Source: Octopus vulgaris
Lineage: Eukaryota
Assembly (NCBI GenBank): GCA_951406725.2
Contig: OX597839.1
Location: forward strand, 35,712,001-35,776,000
Direction: 5' to 3'
DNA length: 64,000 nucleotides
Shown: positions 1 to 11,205 of the stretch, piece after piece
Numbering within the stretch: the stretch's first letter is position 1
Layout of the letters: every line of letters starts with the position of its first letter
Position numbers and translations under genes: made by a program
The notes under the pieces: model-generated
Seen by the model: the letters and a program-made list of their open reading frames with translations, nothing else
The model's database searches: none
What the model was told of the DNA's origin: nothing

Positions 1-93
1 TGGCTATAAAAGAAAGGATTATTATTATTATTATGATTATGATTACGATTATCGTTAGTATTATCATCATTATTTGCTATTGTTTATTTGCAG

Positions 94-222
94 GCATCAG
101 CCCATCAGAAAAACCTCGATGTTGGGGCCAACATCTTCATTGGTAACCTGGATCCAGAAGTTGATGAAAAGTTATTATACGACACATTCAGCGCTTTTGG
201 TGTCATCTTACAAATACCAAAG
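94..222 (+). CDS. SF3B4: SF3B4 (SAP49) internal exon, start of RRM2; 5' exons lie upstream of the window
   Basis: cag|GCA...AAG|gtgag; [43 protein letters not shown] matches the SF3B4 linker and RRM2 RNP2. Confidence 0.95.
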
Positions 223-344
223 GTGAGTAAAATATATTTCTCAAAACAAATGCAAACCTTTTCTTCCAACAAGACCCAGCTTCAGCTGCATTTTGTTCAT
301 ACGTTTGTTTGTTTGTTTTTACAGTCAGTTTTCCATGTTTGCAT

Positions 345-3300
345 GAGTTCGGGGAGTATAACACCCGTGGACATATTTACAAAGTCAGAAAACAGCACAG
401 CTCCCGTGACTTTAGGAAACATTTTTTCACACTGAGAGTTGCTGAAGCATGGAACAAACTGCCGGCATCGGTTGTTAGTTGTCGGAGCACTGCATCCTTC
501 AAAATTTCCATGCTTCCTGGGATTCGCCAACACTACACCTGATCTTCTCTTCCCCTCCATACACACGCTGAAGCATGGAACAAACTGCCGGCATCAGTTG
601 TTAGTTGTCGGAGCACTGCATCCTTCAAAACTTCCATGCTTCCTGAGATTCGCCAACACTACACCTGATCTTCTCTTCCCCTCCATACACACGCTGAAGC
701 ATGGAACAAACTGCCGGCATCAGTTGTTAGTTGTTGGAGCACTGCATCCTTCAAAACTTCCATGCTTCCTGAGATTCGCCAACACTACACCTGATCTTCT
801 CTTCCCCTCCATACACACGCTGAAGCATGGAACAAACTGCCGGCATCAGTTGTTAGTTGTCGGAGCACTGCATCCTTCAAAACTTCCATACTTCCTGAGA
901 TTCGCCAACACTACACCTGATCTTCTCTTCCCCTCCATACACACGCTAAAGCATGGAACAAACTGCCGGCACCAGTTGTTAGTTGGCGGAGCACTGCATC
1001 CTTCAAAACTTCCATGCTTCCTGAGATTCGCCAACACTACACCTGATCTTCTCCCCTCCATACACACGCTAAAGCATGGAACAAACTGCCGGCACCAGTT
1101 GTTAGTTGGCGGAGCACTGCATCCTTCAAAACTTCCATGCTTCCTGAGATTCGCCAACACTACACCTGATCTTCTCCCCTCCATACACACGCTGAAGCAT
1201 GGAACAAACTGCTGGCATCAGTTGTTAGTTGTCGGAGCACTGCATCCTTCAAAACTTCCATGCTTCCTGGGATTCGCCAACACTACACCTGATCTTCTCC
1301 CCTCCATACACACGCTGAAGCATGGAACAAACTGCCGGCATCAGTTGTTAGTTGTCGGAGCACTGCATCCTTCAAAACTTCCATGCTTCCTGAGATTCGC
1401 CAACACTACACTTGATCTCCCATCCATACACACGCTGAAGCATAGAACAAACTGCCGGCATCAGTTGTTAGTTGTCGGAGCACTGCATCCTTCAAAACTT
1501 CCATGCTTCCTGAGATTCGCCAACACTACACCTGATCTTCTCTTCCCCTCCATACACACGCTGAAGCATGGAACAAACTGCCGGCATCGGTTGTTAGTTG
1601 TCGGAGCACTGCATCCTTCAAAACTTCCATGCTTCCTGAGATTCGCCAACACTACACCTGATTTTCTCTTCCCCTCCATACACACGCTGAAGCATGGAAC
1701 AAACTGCCGGCATCGGTTGTTAGTTGTCGGAGCACTGCATCCTTCAAAACTTCCATACTTCCTGAGATTCGCCAACACTACACCTGATTTTCTCTTCCCC
1801 TCCATACACACGCTGAAGCATGGAACAAACTGCCGGCATCGGTTGTTAGTTGTCGGAGCACTGCATCCTTCAAAACTTCCATACTTCCTGAGATTCGCCA
1901 ACACTACACCTGATTTTCTCTTCCCCTCCATACACACGCTAAAGCATGGAACAAACTGCCGGCACCAGTTGTTAGTTGGCGGAGCACTGCATCCTTCAAA
2001 ACTTCCATACTTCCTGAGATTCGCCAACACTACACCTGATCTTCTCCCCTCCAAACACACGCTGAAGCATGGAACAAACTGCCGGCATCGGTTGTTAGTT
2101 GTCGGAGCACTGCATCCTTCAAAACTTCCATGCTTCCTGAGATTCGCCAACACTACATCTGATTTTCTCTTCCCCTCCATACACACGCTGAAGCATGGAA
2201 CAAACTGCCGGCATCGGTTGTTAGTTGTCGGAGCACTGCATCCTTCAAAACTTCCATACTTCCTGAGATTCGCCAACACTACACCTGATCTTCTCTTCCC
2301 CTCCATACACACGCTGAAGCATGGAACAAACTGCCGGCATCGGTTGTTAGTTGTCGGAGCACTGCATCCTTCAAAACTTCCATACTTCCTGAGATTCGCC
2401 AACACTACACCTGATCTTCTCTTCCCCTCCATACACACGATGAAGCATGGAACAAACTGCCGGCATCGGTTGTTAGTTGTCGGAGCACTGCATCCTTCAA
2501 AACTTCCATACTTCCTGAGATTCGCCAACACTACACCTGATCTTCTCTTCCCCTCCATACACACGCTAAAGCATGGAACAAACTGCCGGCACCAGTTGTT
2601 AGTTGGCGGAGCACTGCATCCTTCAAAACTTCCATACTTCCTGAGATTCGCCAACACTACACCTGATCTTCTCCCCTCCATACACATGCTAAAGCATGGA
2701 ACAAACTGCCGGCACCAGTTGTTAGTTGGCGGAGCACTGCATCCTCCAAAACTTCCATACTTCCTGGGATTCGCCAACACTACACCTGATCTTCTCCTCT
2801 CCATACACACGCTGAAGCATGGAAGAAACTGCCGGCATCGGTTGTTAGTTGTCGGAGCACTGCATCCTTCAAAACTTCCATGCTTTCTGAGATTCGCCAA
2901 CACTACACCTGATCTTCTCTTCCCCTCCATACACACGCTGAAGCATGGAACAAACTGCCGGCATCGGTTGTTAGTTGTCGGAGCACTGCATCCTTCAAAA
3001 CTTCCATGCTTTCTGAGATTCGCCAACACTACACCTGATCTTCTCTTCCCCTCCATACACACGCTAAAGCATGGAACAAACTGCCGGCACCAGTTGTTAG
3101 TTGTCGGAGCACTGCATCCTTCAAAACTTCCATGCTTTCTGAGATTCGCCAACACTACACCTGATCTTCTCTTCCCCTCCATACACACGCTGAAGCATGG
3201 AACAAACTGCCGGCATCAGTTGTTGGTTGTCGGAGCACTGCATCCTTCAAAACTTCCATGCTTCCTGAGATTCGCCAACACTACACCTGATCTTCTCTTC

Positions 3301-3455
3301 CCCTCCATACACACACAAGCATGTATCTGACTCATACACTGTTCGCTTTCCAGACATTTGTGCATTACTGCATACACTCTATACGCACTTTCTGACAAGT
3401 TGTGGTGCACCTGAGCACTGTATACAATAATTTCATTATTATTATTATTGTTATT
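345..3455 (+). mobile_element. 5'-truncated CR1-type LINE 3' end, with internal tandem expansion and (ATT)n tail
   Basis: Frame 309-542 encodes TRGH..K...[23 protein letters not shown], a CR1 ORF2 C-terminal motif; unexpanded relatives at ~9170-9580 and ~20870-21318; ends in ATTATTATT. Confidence 0.8.
441..3315 (+). repeat. Tandem array of 23 units of 126/123/120 bp derived from the CR1 3' end
   Basis: Unit GCTGAAGCATGGAACAAACTGCC...CCCCTCCATACACAC starts at 441, 567, 693...3189; 23 repeats counted in ORF 439-3330. Confidence 0.97.
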
Positions 3456-3661
3456 GAGGTATTGTTTAAGAGCCACGAATAACTACACTGTCGCTAATTC
3501 TTGAATCCTTTATTTCACGTATCTACCAAGGTGTGAATGTGACAGCAAAGACACCACTTGTGGCTGGCACTAATTCATACGCATAGTCATCATCATCATC
3601 ATCATCATCATTTAATGTCTGTTTTCCATACTGGCAAGGGTTGGATGGTTTGACAGGAGCT

Positions 3662-3892
3662 GGTGGAGAGCTGGCAGAAACGTTAGCACGCCAGGCGAAA
3701 TGCTTAACGGTATTTCGCTTGTCGTTACGTTGTGAGTTCAAATTCCGCCGAGGTTGACTTTGCCTTTCATCCTTTCAGGGTCGATAAATTAAGTACCAGT
3801 TACGCACTGGGGTCAATGTAATTGACTTAATACCTATGTCTGTCCTTGTTTGTCCCCTCTATGTTTAGCCCCTTGTGGGTAATAAAGAAATA
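3662..3892 (+). mobile_element. SINE family A inserted into another SINE
   Basis: GAGCTGGCAGAAACGTTAGC...GAGTTCAAAT...CTTTCATCCTTTC body; flanked by the direct repeat GGTTTGACAGGAGCTGG (TSD). Confidence 0.75.
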
Positions 3893-4323
3893 GGTTTGAC
3901 AGGAGCTGGCCAGCCGGGGAGCTGTCTAGACACCAGTTACCGTTTGTGGCAAGGTTTCTGCAGTTGGATGCCCTTCCTAATGCCAACCACTTTACAGTGT
4001 GTGGATTTGGTCGACGGAAACTGAAAGAAGCCTGTCATACACATATACATATATATGTGTGTGTGTGTGTGTTTATCCTCCCATCATCGCTTGACAACTG
4101 AAGTTGGTGTCTTTATGTCCCTGTAACTTAGTTGTTCAGTGAAAGAGATTGATAGAATAAGTACTAAGCCTATAAAGAATAAGTCCTGGGGTTGACTAAA
4201 AAACCCTTTAAAGCAGTGCTCCAGTATGGCTGCACTCAAATGACTGAAACAAGTGAAAGAATAAAAGAATATCCTAAGATCCACTGCTCTTCTCTCTCTC
4301 TCTCTCCATCTATCTATCTATAG

Positions 4324-4669
4324 CAGTGTTTCTCAGCTGGGGTTCCCCAGGACCCTAGGGTTCCACAAAAGGTTCCTAGGGCTTCCGTGAGAAAGAGTGA
4401 GATATGCTAATTTCATGATCGTAATATTACTATACATGCATAGCATATTATTGGTTATTGTAATATAGACATCATCCTATCTAACCTGTTATGGTATAAA
4501 AAAAATATAACAACCACACACACATATATATATATCATGTTTACCATGTGAACTACAATGAAAATAAAAGGAGAAAGATATGGTATATAATATTTTTTGT
4601 GCAGGGGTTCCTCGAGACATGTAACTTATTTTAAGGGTTACGCAAGGGTAAAATGATCGAGAAACACTG
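4324..4669. mobile_element. hAT-type MITE
   Basis: TIRs CAGTGTTTCTC/GAGAAACACTG; perfect 8-bp TSD ATCTATAG (4316-4323, 4670-4677). Confidence 0.9.
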
Positions 4670-4695
4670 ATCTATAGAATAGATGCCATTTCATA

Positions 4696-5117
4696 AGGCG
4701 CTGAGCTGGCAGAAATGTTAGCACACTGTGTGAAATGCTTAGCGGTATTTCGTCTGCCGTTACATTCTGAGTTCAAATTTCGCCGAGGTCGACTTTGCCT
4801 TTCATCCTTTTCAGGTGGATAAATTAACTATCAGTTATACACTGGGGTTGATGTAATCGACTTGATCTGTCCTTGTCTGTCCTTGTTTGTCCCCTCTGTG
4901 TTTAGCCACTTGTGGGCAATAAAGAAATAGGTATTTCATCTGCCGCTACGTTCTGAGTTCAAATTCAGCCGAGGTCAACTTTGCCTTTTATCCTTTCGGG
5001 GTCGATAAATTAACTACCAGTTATGCACTGGGGTTGATGTAATCGACTTAATCCCTTTGTCTGTCCTTGTTTGTCCCCTCTCTGTTTAGCCCCTTGTGGG
5101 CAATAAAGAAATAAGAA
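4696..5117 (+). mobile_element. SINE family A with internally duplicated 3' part
   Basis: Family A body repeated twice; flanked by the direct repeat AGATGCCATTTCAT. Confidence 0.75.
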
Positions 5118-5205
5118 AAGATGCCATTTCATGCCATTCATGTTTCACTTTCTCTCTTTCTTTAGATCATGCGAGATTTGGACACGGGCAATTCCAAAGG
5201 TTATG

Positions 5206-5523
5206 TTTCCCATATATTTGCATTTTGGTTGGATGGCGCTTCACCGAGAGATTTTGAGCTCTCATAAGGAGGCGAGTGTAGGTTCCTGTTGCTGGATGCC
5301 TGTATCCCTGGTGATTACATCAGGGTAGGAGAGTGTGTGCCCTCTGGTATTGCGAGTAGATGGCTTCCAGTGGAGAAGAGTAGAAACTGCCTCGTTTTCA
5401 GCTCTACAACAATGTCCAGCAAACTGGACTCTCCTACCTTTCACAAGAGATGACACAGGTGGTAGTTTCCCATATATTTGCATTTTGGTTGAATGACGCT
5501 TCCATGAGAGATTTTGAGCTCTT
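5206..5523 (-). mobile_element. Rearranged RTE-clade LINE fragment
   Basis: MQIYGKLPPVSSLVKGRRVQFAGHCCRAE.. is near-identical to the RTE fragment at 40545-41113. Confidence 0.85.
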
Positions 5524-5563
5524 ATTTCATGCCATTTATGTTTCGCTTTCTCTCTTTGTTTAG

Positions 5564-5744
5564 ATCATGCGAGATTTGGACACGGGCAATTCCAAAGGTT
5601 ATGCTTTCATAAACTTTGCCAGTTTTGAAGCATCTGATGCTGCTATCGAGGCTATGAATGGACAGTATTTATGTAACAGACCAATTACCATTTCATACGC
5701 TTTCAAGAAAGACATCAAAGGAGAAAAACACGGCTCTGCTGCAG
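5564..5744 (+). CDS. SF3B4: SF3B4 exon, RRM2 RNP1
   Basis: tag|ATC...G|gtgag; [60 protein letters not shown]. Confidence 0.96.
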
Positions 5745-6089
5745 GTGAGGTGGATTTTCGTCATTACTAGACTGAGAAAGAATCACACGGGTTACCTGGG
5801 TATCACTCTGGTTGTTGTGGTGCTGGTCAGTGGTTTTATTCCAACACCTTACTGACCAGTGGCCGTAGGCAAGAGGTGGTTTACCAGACATTATGAAGTA
5901 AAACTCACCACTGTAAATAGCGAAAAGCTTTGTAGATAATTTAACGATAGGTACAGGTGTGGCTGTGTGTTGAGCTGCTTGCTTCCCAACCACATGGTTC
6001 AGTCCCACTGTGTGGCGCCTTGGGAAACTGTTTTCTGCTATAGCCTCAGGCCAACAAAAGCCTTGTGAGTGGATTAGGCAGACAGACTC

Positions 6090-6136
<47 letters not shown>

Positions 6137-6573
6137 AATAATAAAAGGGTAAAATTAATTAATTATTAATTAATAATTTTACCAAGTAGTGTTCAGTATG
6201 TAAAAAGACCATTTACGGTATATTTAAAACATTACGTTATATAATTAGGTTCAGTAAAATAATTTACTTTACCACACACTGAACTTTTAGAAATAGCAGC
6301 CAAAAATTTTAGCTATTTCCTCTACTATAAGAAAAGTCTCCCAGACAATGTATACTCAAAATATTCACACAGGTATATATCACACGTACATTGATTATGA
6401 GAACACCATGGATAGTTATATATCAACATTCATCAGCCCAAGATTTCTGAGAGCACTAAAAATCAAACATAGCCGTCTGATATGAGTAATCCCAGACAAA
6501 CCATCTTCTATAAAGAAACCTTGGGCTGACCAAAGCCTTGGATTTGGTAGACAGAAACTGAAAGAAGCCTATC

Positions 6574-6617
<44 letters not shown>

Positions 6618-6755
6618 ATAATTTAGAGAAAAGCCTCTATTAAACAATTCAATAAAGAAAGATGTTATTCACACCTGTTATAGAAAACATGTACTATAAA
6701 AAAACCTTTTTATAAAAATCAATAAAAGCATAATAAATTGTAAATAGTAGTAAAA

Positions 6756-6869
6756 AGACTACACGCGTTTCGTGGGTATATTTTTAAATAGATAATAAAA
6801 TCAATTCGATTTAAAATTAAATCAAACTAAAATTAATTCTATATAAAAATATAGTCACTCATCAGGTCT
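6756..6869 (-). ncRNA. Type I hammerhead ribozyme motif (Penelope/retrozyme-like), core intact
   Basis: Minus strand reads AGAC-CUGAUGA-GUG(ACUAUAUUUUU..AAAAAUAUACC)CAC-GAAA-C(GCGU)G-UA-GUCU; all core nucleotides and stems I-III can be drawn. Confidence 0.7.
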
Positions 6870-7127
6870 AAGATAATAAATAATAAATGTAAAATAAATG
6901 TACCTATCTTAACTTATACTAATTATCAAATAGATATTAAAAAAAATATGTGTATTAACTATAAATAATTGAAAAGCAGGAAGGGCATCTGCCCATAGAA
7001 AAGCCTGCCTCAACAAATTCCGATGGAAAATTGATGTATTTTTGATTGTCTTAATTCTTGTAAAAATATTTTCGAGGCCTTTCTCTCACCAGTTTCCTTT
7101 TTATTGTTTTTTTTCTTTTAATTTCAG

Positions 7128-7313
7128 AACGTCTCTTGGCTGCCCAGAATCCACTCTCTCTCACCGACAGACCTCATCAGTTGTTTGCAGATGCTCCTCC
7201 ACCTCCCCAACAACCTCCTGCTCCAGTCCCTCCATCATCATTTGCTCCTCCACCACCTCCTCCACCTGTCTGCCAAACCCCTATGATGTCCCTGGCAAAC
7301 AACATCAGCATTG
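7128..7313 (+). CDS. SF3B4: SF3B4 exon
   Basis: cag|AA...G|gtaag; (E)[26 protein letters not shown], the conserved post-RRM2 segment. Confidence 0.95.
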
Positions 7314-7458
7314 GTAAGTACCTGTTTGCACCTGTTTCCATCAGACTGCAATCATTGTCAGCGTCATCACCTGAAGTAGCTACAACAGTAGTTTCTTTTA
7401 CATTTTCTGTTTTGTTTCCTGTTAAATTTTTTCGTTGAGGGAAGATTAACCTCTAAAG

Positions 7459-7677
7459 CAGTGGTTTTCAACCAGGGTTCCTCGGAACCTTAGGGTTCCA
7501 CTAGTACAGTCCTGGGGTTCCGCAAGAAGTTACAAAACTGCTGAAATCGGCAGTAATTTTTAATTCTCCTGTGCAGATATGTGTGCATAAGACTATTAAA
7601 TTATTGCACAGGGGTTCCTCGAGTCAGTGGAATGTTTCCTTGGGGTTCCGCTCCAGCAAAAAGTTTGAAAAGCACTG
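7459..7677. mobile_element. hAT-type MITE
   Basis: CAGTGGTTTTCAA...TTGAAAAGCACTG termini; TSD CTCTAAAG/CTCTAAAC. Confidence 0.8.
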
Positions 7678-8085
7678 CTCTAAACCTTTTCCTTAGATTT
7701 GTACTTTCATCTCCGTTGTTATTCCATATCCATTTTCCTCCATGCTGGCATGTATTAGACCAGGGATTGCCAAAAGGGGTCAACGAGGAATTACAGGGGG
7801 TCAACGATAGCCAAAGGGTCGAATGGGGGTCGGCTTGCTATAGACCAACTCACCCAATGTTTCCTTGGGGTTCCGCTCCAGCAAAAAGTTTGAAAAGCAC
7901 TGCTCTAAACATTTTCCTTAGATTTGTACTTTCATCACCGTTGTTGTTGTTATTCCATATCCATTTTCCTCCATGCTGGCATGTATTAGACCAGGGATTG
8001 CCAAAAGGGGTCAGCGAGGAATTACAGGGGCTCAACGATAGCCAAAGGGTCGAATGGGAGTCGGCTTGCTAAAGAGCAGTTCACC
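7631..8085 (+). repeat. Local tandem duplication of about 226 bp spanning the ends of two MITEs
   Basis: AATGTTTCCTTGGGGTTCCGCTCC...GGCTTGCTA occurs at ~7631 and ~7856. Confidence 0.85.
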
Positions 8086-8483
8086 CAGATGCACTGCTTG
8101 AAATACTTGGTCAGCGCCATGCCCATCTCTCCTGTTGATGTTGACAATTTCAGTAAAAGATATTCCAGCAATATGATGCATTTTCCACATTTTCTAACCA
8201 TGAAAACAATTTCATAAAAATTGAAATTTTAACACACAATACTCATATATAAATGGTTTCATATGTAAAAAGTGTGTCATCTTCAACAGAATTTCTTAAT
8301 TTGTTGTACATGTATATTTTAGCTAACATTTTAATTGCCAGCATCAGTACCCAGTACGCATTTAAGATATGGTACGGCAGGGCAGGGTAGGGTATTAAGA
8401 TATTTTAAATGAGGGGGGGGGGTCGATGCAGAAAGAGAAGTGGCTAAAGAGGGTCGATGGTCAAAAAAGATTGGTAACCCCTG
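7992..8483. mobile_element. hAT-type element inserted into a SINE
   Basis: CAGGGATTGCCAA...TTGGTAACCCCTG termini; degenerate TSD TATTAGAC/TATTAGTT. Confidence 0.65.
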
Positions 8484-8599
8484 TATTAGTTTGATAGGAT
8501 CCAGCAAGTGTAGGACTGCATCAAGCACCAATGTCTGCTTTGGTACCATTTTCTATGGCTGGATGTTTCTTCCTGACATCAATTGCCTTACAGTGTGTA

Positions 8600-9160
8600 G
8601 TCATCATCATCATCATCATCATCATCGTTTAATGTCTGCTTTCCATGCTGGCATGGGTTGAACGATTTGACTGAGGACTGGCGAACCAGATGGTCGCACC
8701 AGGCTCCAATCTCGATCTGGCAGAGTTTCTACAGCTTGATGCCCTTCCTAATGCCAACCACTCTGAGAGTGTAGTGGGTGCTTTTTACATGCATGAAGGC
8801 CAGTCAGGCAGTACTGACAACGGCCACGCTCAAATGTTGTTTTTTATGTGTCACCTGCATAGGAGCCAGTCCAGCGGCACTGGTAATGACCTCACTCGAA
8901 TGTTGTCTTTCACGTGCTACTGGCACAAGTGCCAGGAAGGTGACAATGGTTACGATCACTTCACGTGCCACCGGCACAAATACCAGTAAGGTGACACTGG
9001 TAATGATCCACTTCATGTGCCAGTAAGGCGACGCTGGTAGCGATCACCGAAGTAGTAGTGTGTGTGTTTTTCCATAGTACTGGCACTAGTGAGGTCATCA
9101 AGTAACTTGCAAGGCAAACAAAAAGCATTCTCGACTGAGGTGGGGGATGTAGTAAAGCGG
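8600..9160 (-). mobile_element. SINE-like family C ((GAT)n-tailed, probably RTE-mobilised); many more copies throughout the window
   Basis: (CAT)n-CGTTTAATGTC..CCATGCTGGCATGGG..GATGCCCTTCCTAA..CCAACCAC; tail type matches the RTE fragment ending at 41113. Confidence 0.7.
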
Positions 9161-9169
9161 GGAGGTGAC

Positions 9170-9580
9170 ATTATAATATAATATATAATGAAATTATTGT
9201 ATACAGTGCTCAGGTGCACCACAACTTGTCAGAAAGTGCATATAAAGTACATGCAGTAATGTACAAATGTCTGGAAAGCGAACAATGTATGAGTCAGATA
9301 CATGTTTGCGTGTGTATGGAGGGGAGAAAATCAGGTGTAGTGTTGGCGAATCTCAGAAAGCATGGAAGTTTTGAAGGATGCAGTGCTCTAACAACTGATG
9401 CCGGCAGTTTGTTCCATGCTTCAGCAACTCTCAGCGTGAAAAAATGTTTCCTGAAGTCATGGGAGCTGTGCTGTTTTCTTACTTTGTAAATATGTCCACG
9501 GGTGTTAGACGGGTGGAGTTTGAAAAGGTGCTCAGAGTTATTGTTTGCACGATGGTTGATAATTTTATGGGTGTCTGCCT
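9170..9580 (-). mobile_element. CR1-type LINE 3' fragment with a single, unexpanded unit
   Basis: Reverse complement of the 345-3455 element carrying one unit only. Confidence 0.85.
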
Positions 9581-9996
9581 TATGTCATGTCTTGAAAGAC
9601 TATATATGTGTGTGTGTGTGTGAAGGCATATGGCTCAGTGGTTAGAGAGTTGGGTTTATTATATTCATGAAATTGTGAGCTTGATTCCTGCACTGCTTCC
9701 TGGTCAGAATAACAGTGATAAGCACTTTCCACAAAAATGTTGATGGAAGAACGCCTTTCATAACGGATTTAACAACGTGTGTGAAGGGAGATAACTGAAG
9801 CAGGTATGGAAACCGGGTGCTGGGCCTTGTTTAATCTGCCTCCAGGAATTCTGTTTTGACCTCCACAAGCATGGAAAATGAATTTAAAATGATGATGACA
9901 TATGTGATTTGCTTTTGCATATTTGTTTGTGTGTTTTATAAGTGTGTAATGTTCCCTGTGGATTTCAATTGTGTTTCTGGTTCTGTTACTTTTCAG

Positions 9997-10161
9997 GAAT
10001 ACCCAATGGAACCATTGTCTCAACGGCAACCGGCCCTCCTCCACCTGTGCCACCACCTTCATCATTACCTGTGCCGCCACCTGTTGCAGGAAGCATGCCA
10101 CCACCTCCTATGCCTCCCGGAATGCCTTCATTTCCTCCACCAAGTGGAGCACCTCCTCCAG
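9997..10161 (+). CDS. SF3B4: SF3B4 Pro-rich exon
   Basis: cag|GA...G|gtaag, phase 1-1; GIPNGTIVSTATGPPPPVPPP... Confidence 0.88.
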
Positions 10162-10181
10162 GTAAGTTCATCACAGAGTAA

Positions 10182-10556
10182 ATGTGTATTCACTACATGT
10201 GTATTCACTCCATGTGTATTCACTACATGTGTATTCACTACATGTGTATTCACTACATGTGTATTCACTCCATGTGTATTCACTACATGTGTATTCACTA
10301 CATGTGTATTCACTCCATGTGTATTCACTACATGTGTATTCACTCCATGTGTATTCACTACATGTGTATTCACTACATGTGTATTCACTCCATGTGTATT
10401 CACTCCATGTGTATTCACTCCATGTGTATTCACTCCATGTGTATTCACTACATGTGTATTCACTACATGTGTATTCACTCCATGTGTATTCACTCCATGT
10501 GTATTCACTGCATGTGTATTCACTGCATGTGTATTCACTACATGTGTATTCACTAC
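10182..10556 (+). repeat. 15-bp minisatellite, 25 copies
   Basis: ATGTGTATTCACT(A/C/G)C repeated with no indels. Confidence 0.97.
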
Positions 10557-11039
10557 ATGTGTGCGTGCATACACACACACACACACGCATGTATGTATCG
10601 ACCCTTATTCTTCTTTTATCCTTGTATACCCAAGTATCAAGTATTGCATCCTACACCTTTCATGCTAAATCTGCCCTGATTCCATGAATGCAGATCTGGT
10701 GACCATCCTTTACAAGGGATCATTCCAACTTTGTCTTCTACAGCTCAGTGACACAGATCAAGGAAATTTCATTTCCCCTTTCCTAACATGATCAATGCTC
10801 AACTAGACCCTGTTAGGACTCCCACTAATGTCAGACTTCACCATTACTGAGGATGTCTCTTGTAAGAATTCAGATCTTTAGCATAGCTGAAACTGTATCA
10901 CAAAAGATGGCCTTTCTCTTCAGGGTTTGAAAATTCTTTAGCTCCCAGGAGTTTGCTAAATCCCTTCAAAGTTTAGGGGATGTTCATTTCCATATCCAGG
11001 ATTTTATCACTCCTGAAGAAGAAGCCCCTCTCTGGACTC

Positions 11040-11205
11040 CTTCCACTGCTGTCCGTCTCTGGCCAGCCGTGAACAAGTAGGCGCCTGGTAGCGGATGAGA
11101 TCATCTTGTCTTTGGTCAGCCTTTGTCCATTGTCTTGGTGTCCATTCTGTCACCCTGATTGTCTATCTGTTGCCCTTCATCCGTGCAGTGTGGCCAGCTC
11201 ATCAT
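11040..11205 (-). mobile_element. Degenerate RTE-clade LINE C-terminal fragment
   Basis: Minus strand translates AGHTARMKGNR*TIRVTEWTPR...LARDGQQWK. Confidence 0.6.

Noticed and set aside
441-3315. CRISPR-like array
   Set aside because: Units are contiguous with no unique spacers, derive from a CR1 LINE, and lie in a eukaryotic intron.
8690-8989. Recurrent peptide AVFLQLDALPNANHSESVVGAFY in many ORFs, read as a gene family
   Set aside because: Translation of the non-coding family C repeat; frames and stops vary between copies.
9856-10687. CVFTT / MCIHY / YSLHV repeat proteins
   Set aside because: Artefacts of a stop-free 15-bp minisatellite; the real exon ends at 10161.
10600-11030. Possible Tc1-like transposase relic (minus-strand WSPDL peptide)
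   Set aside because: Only one short motif amid stops; not enough support.
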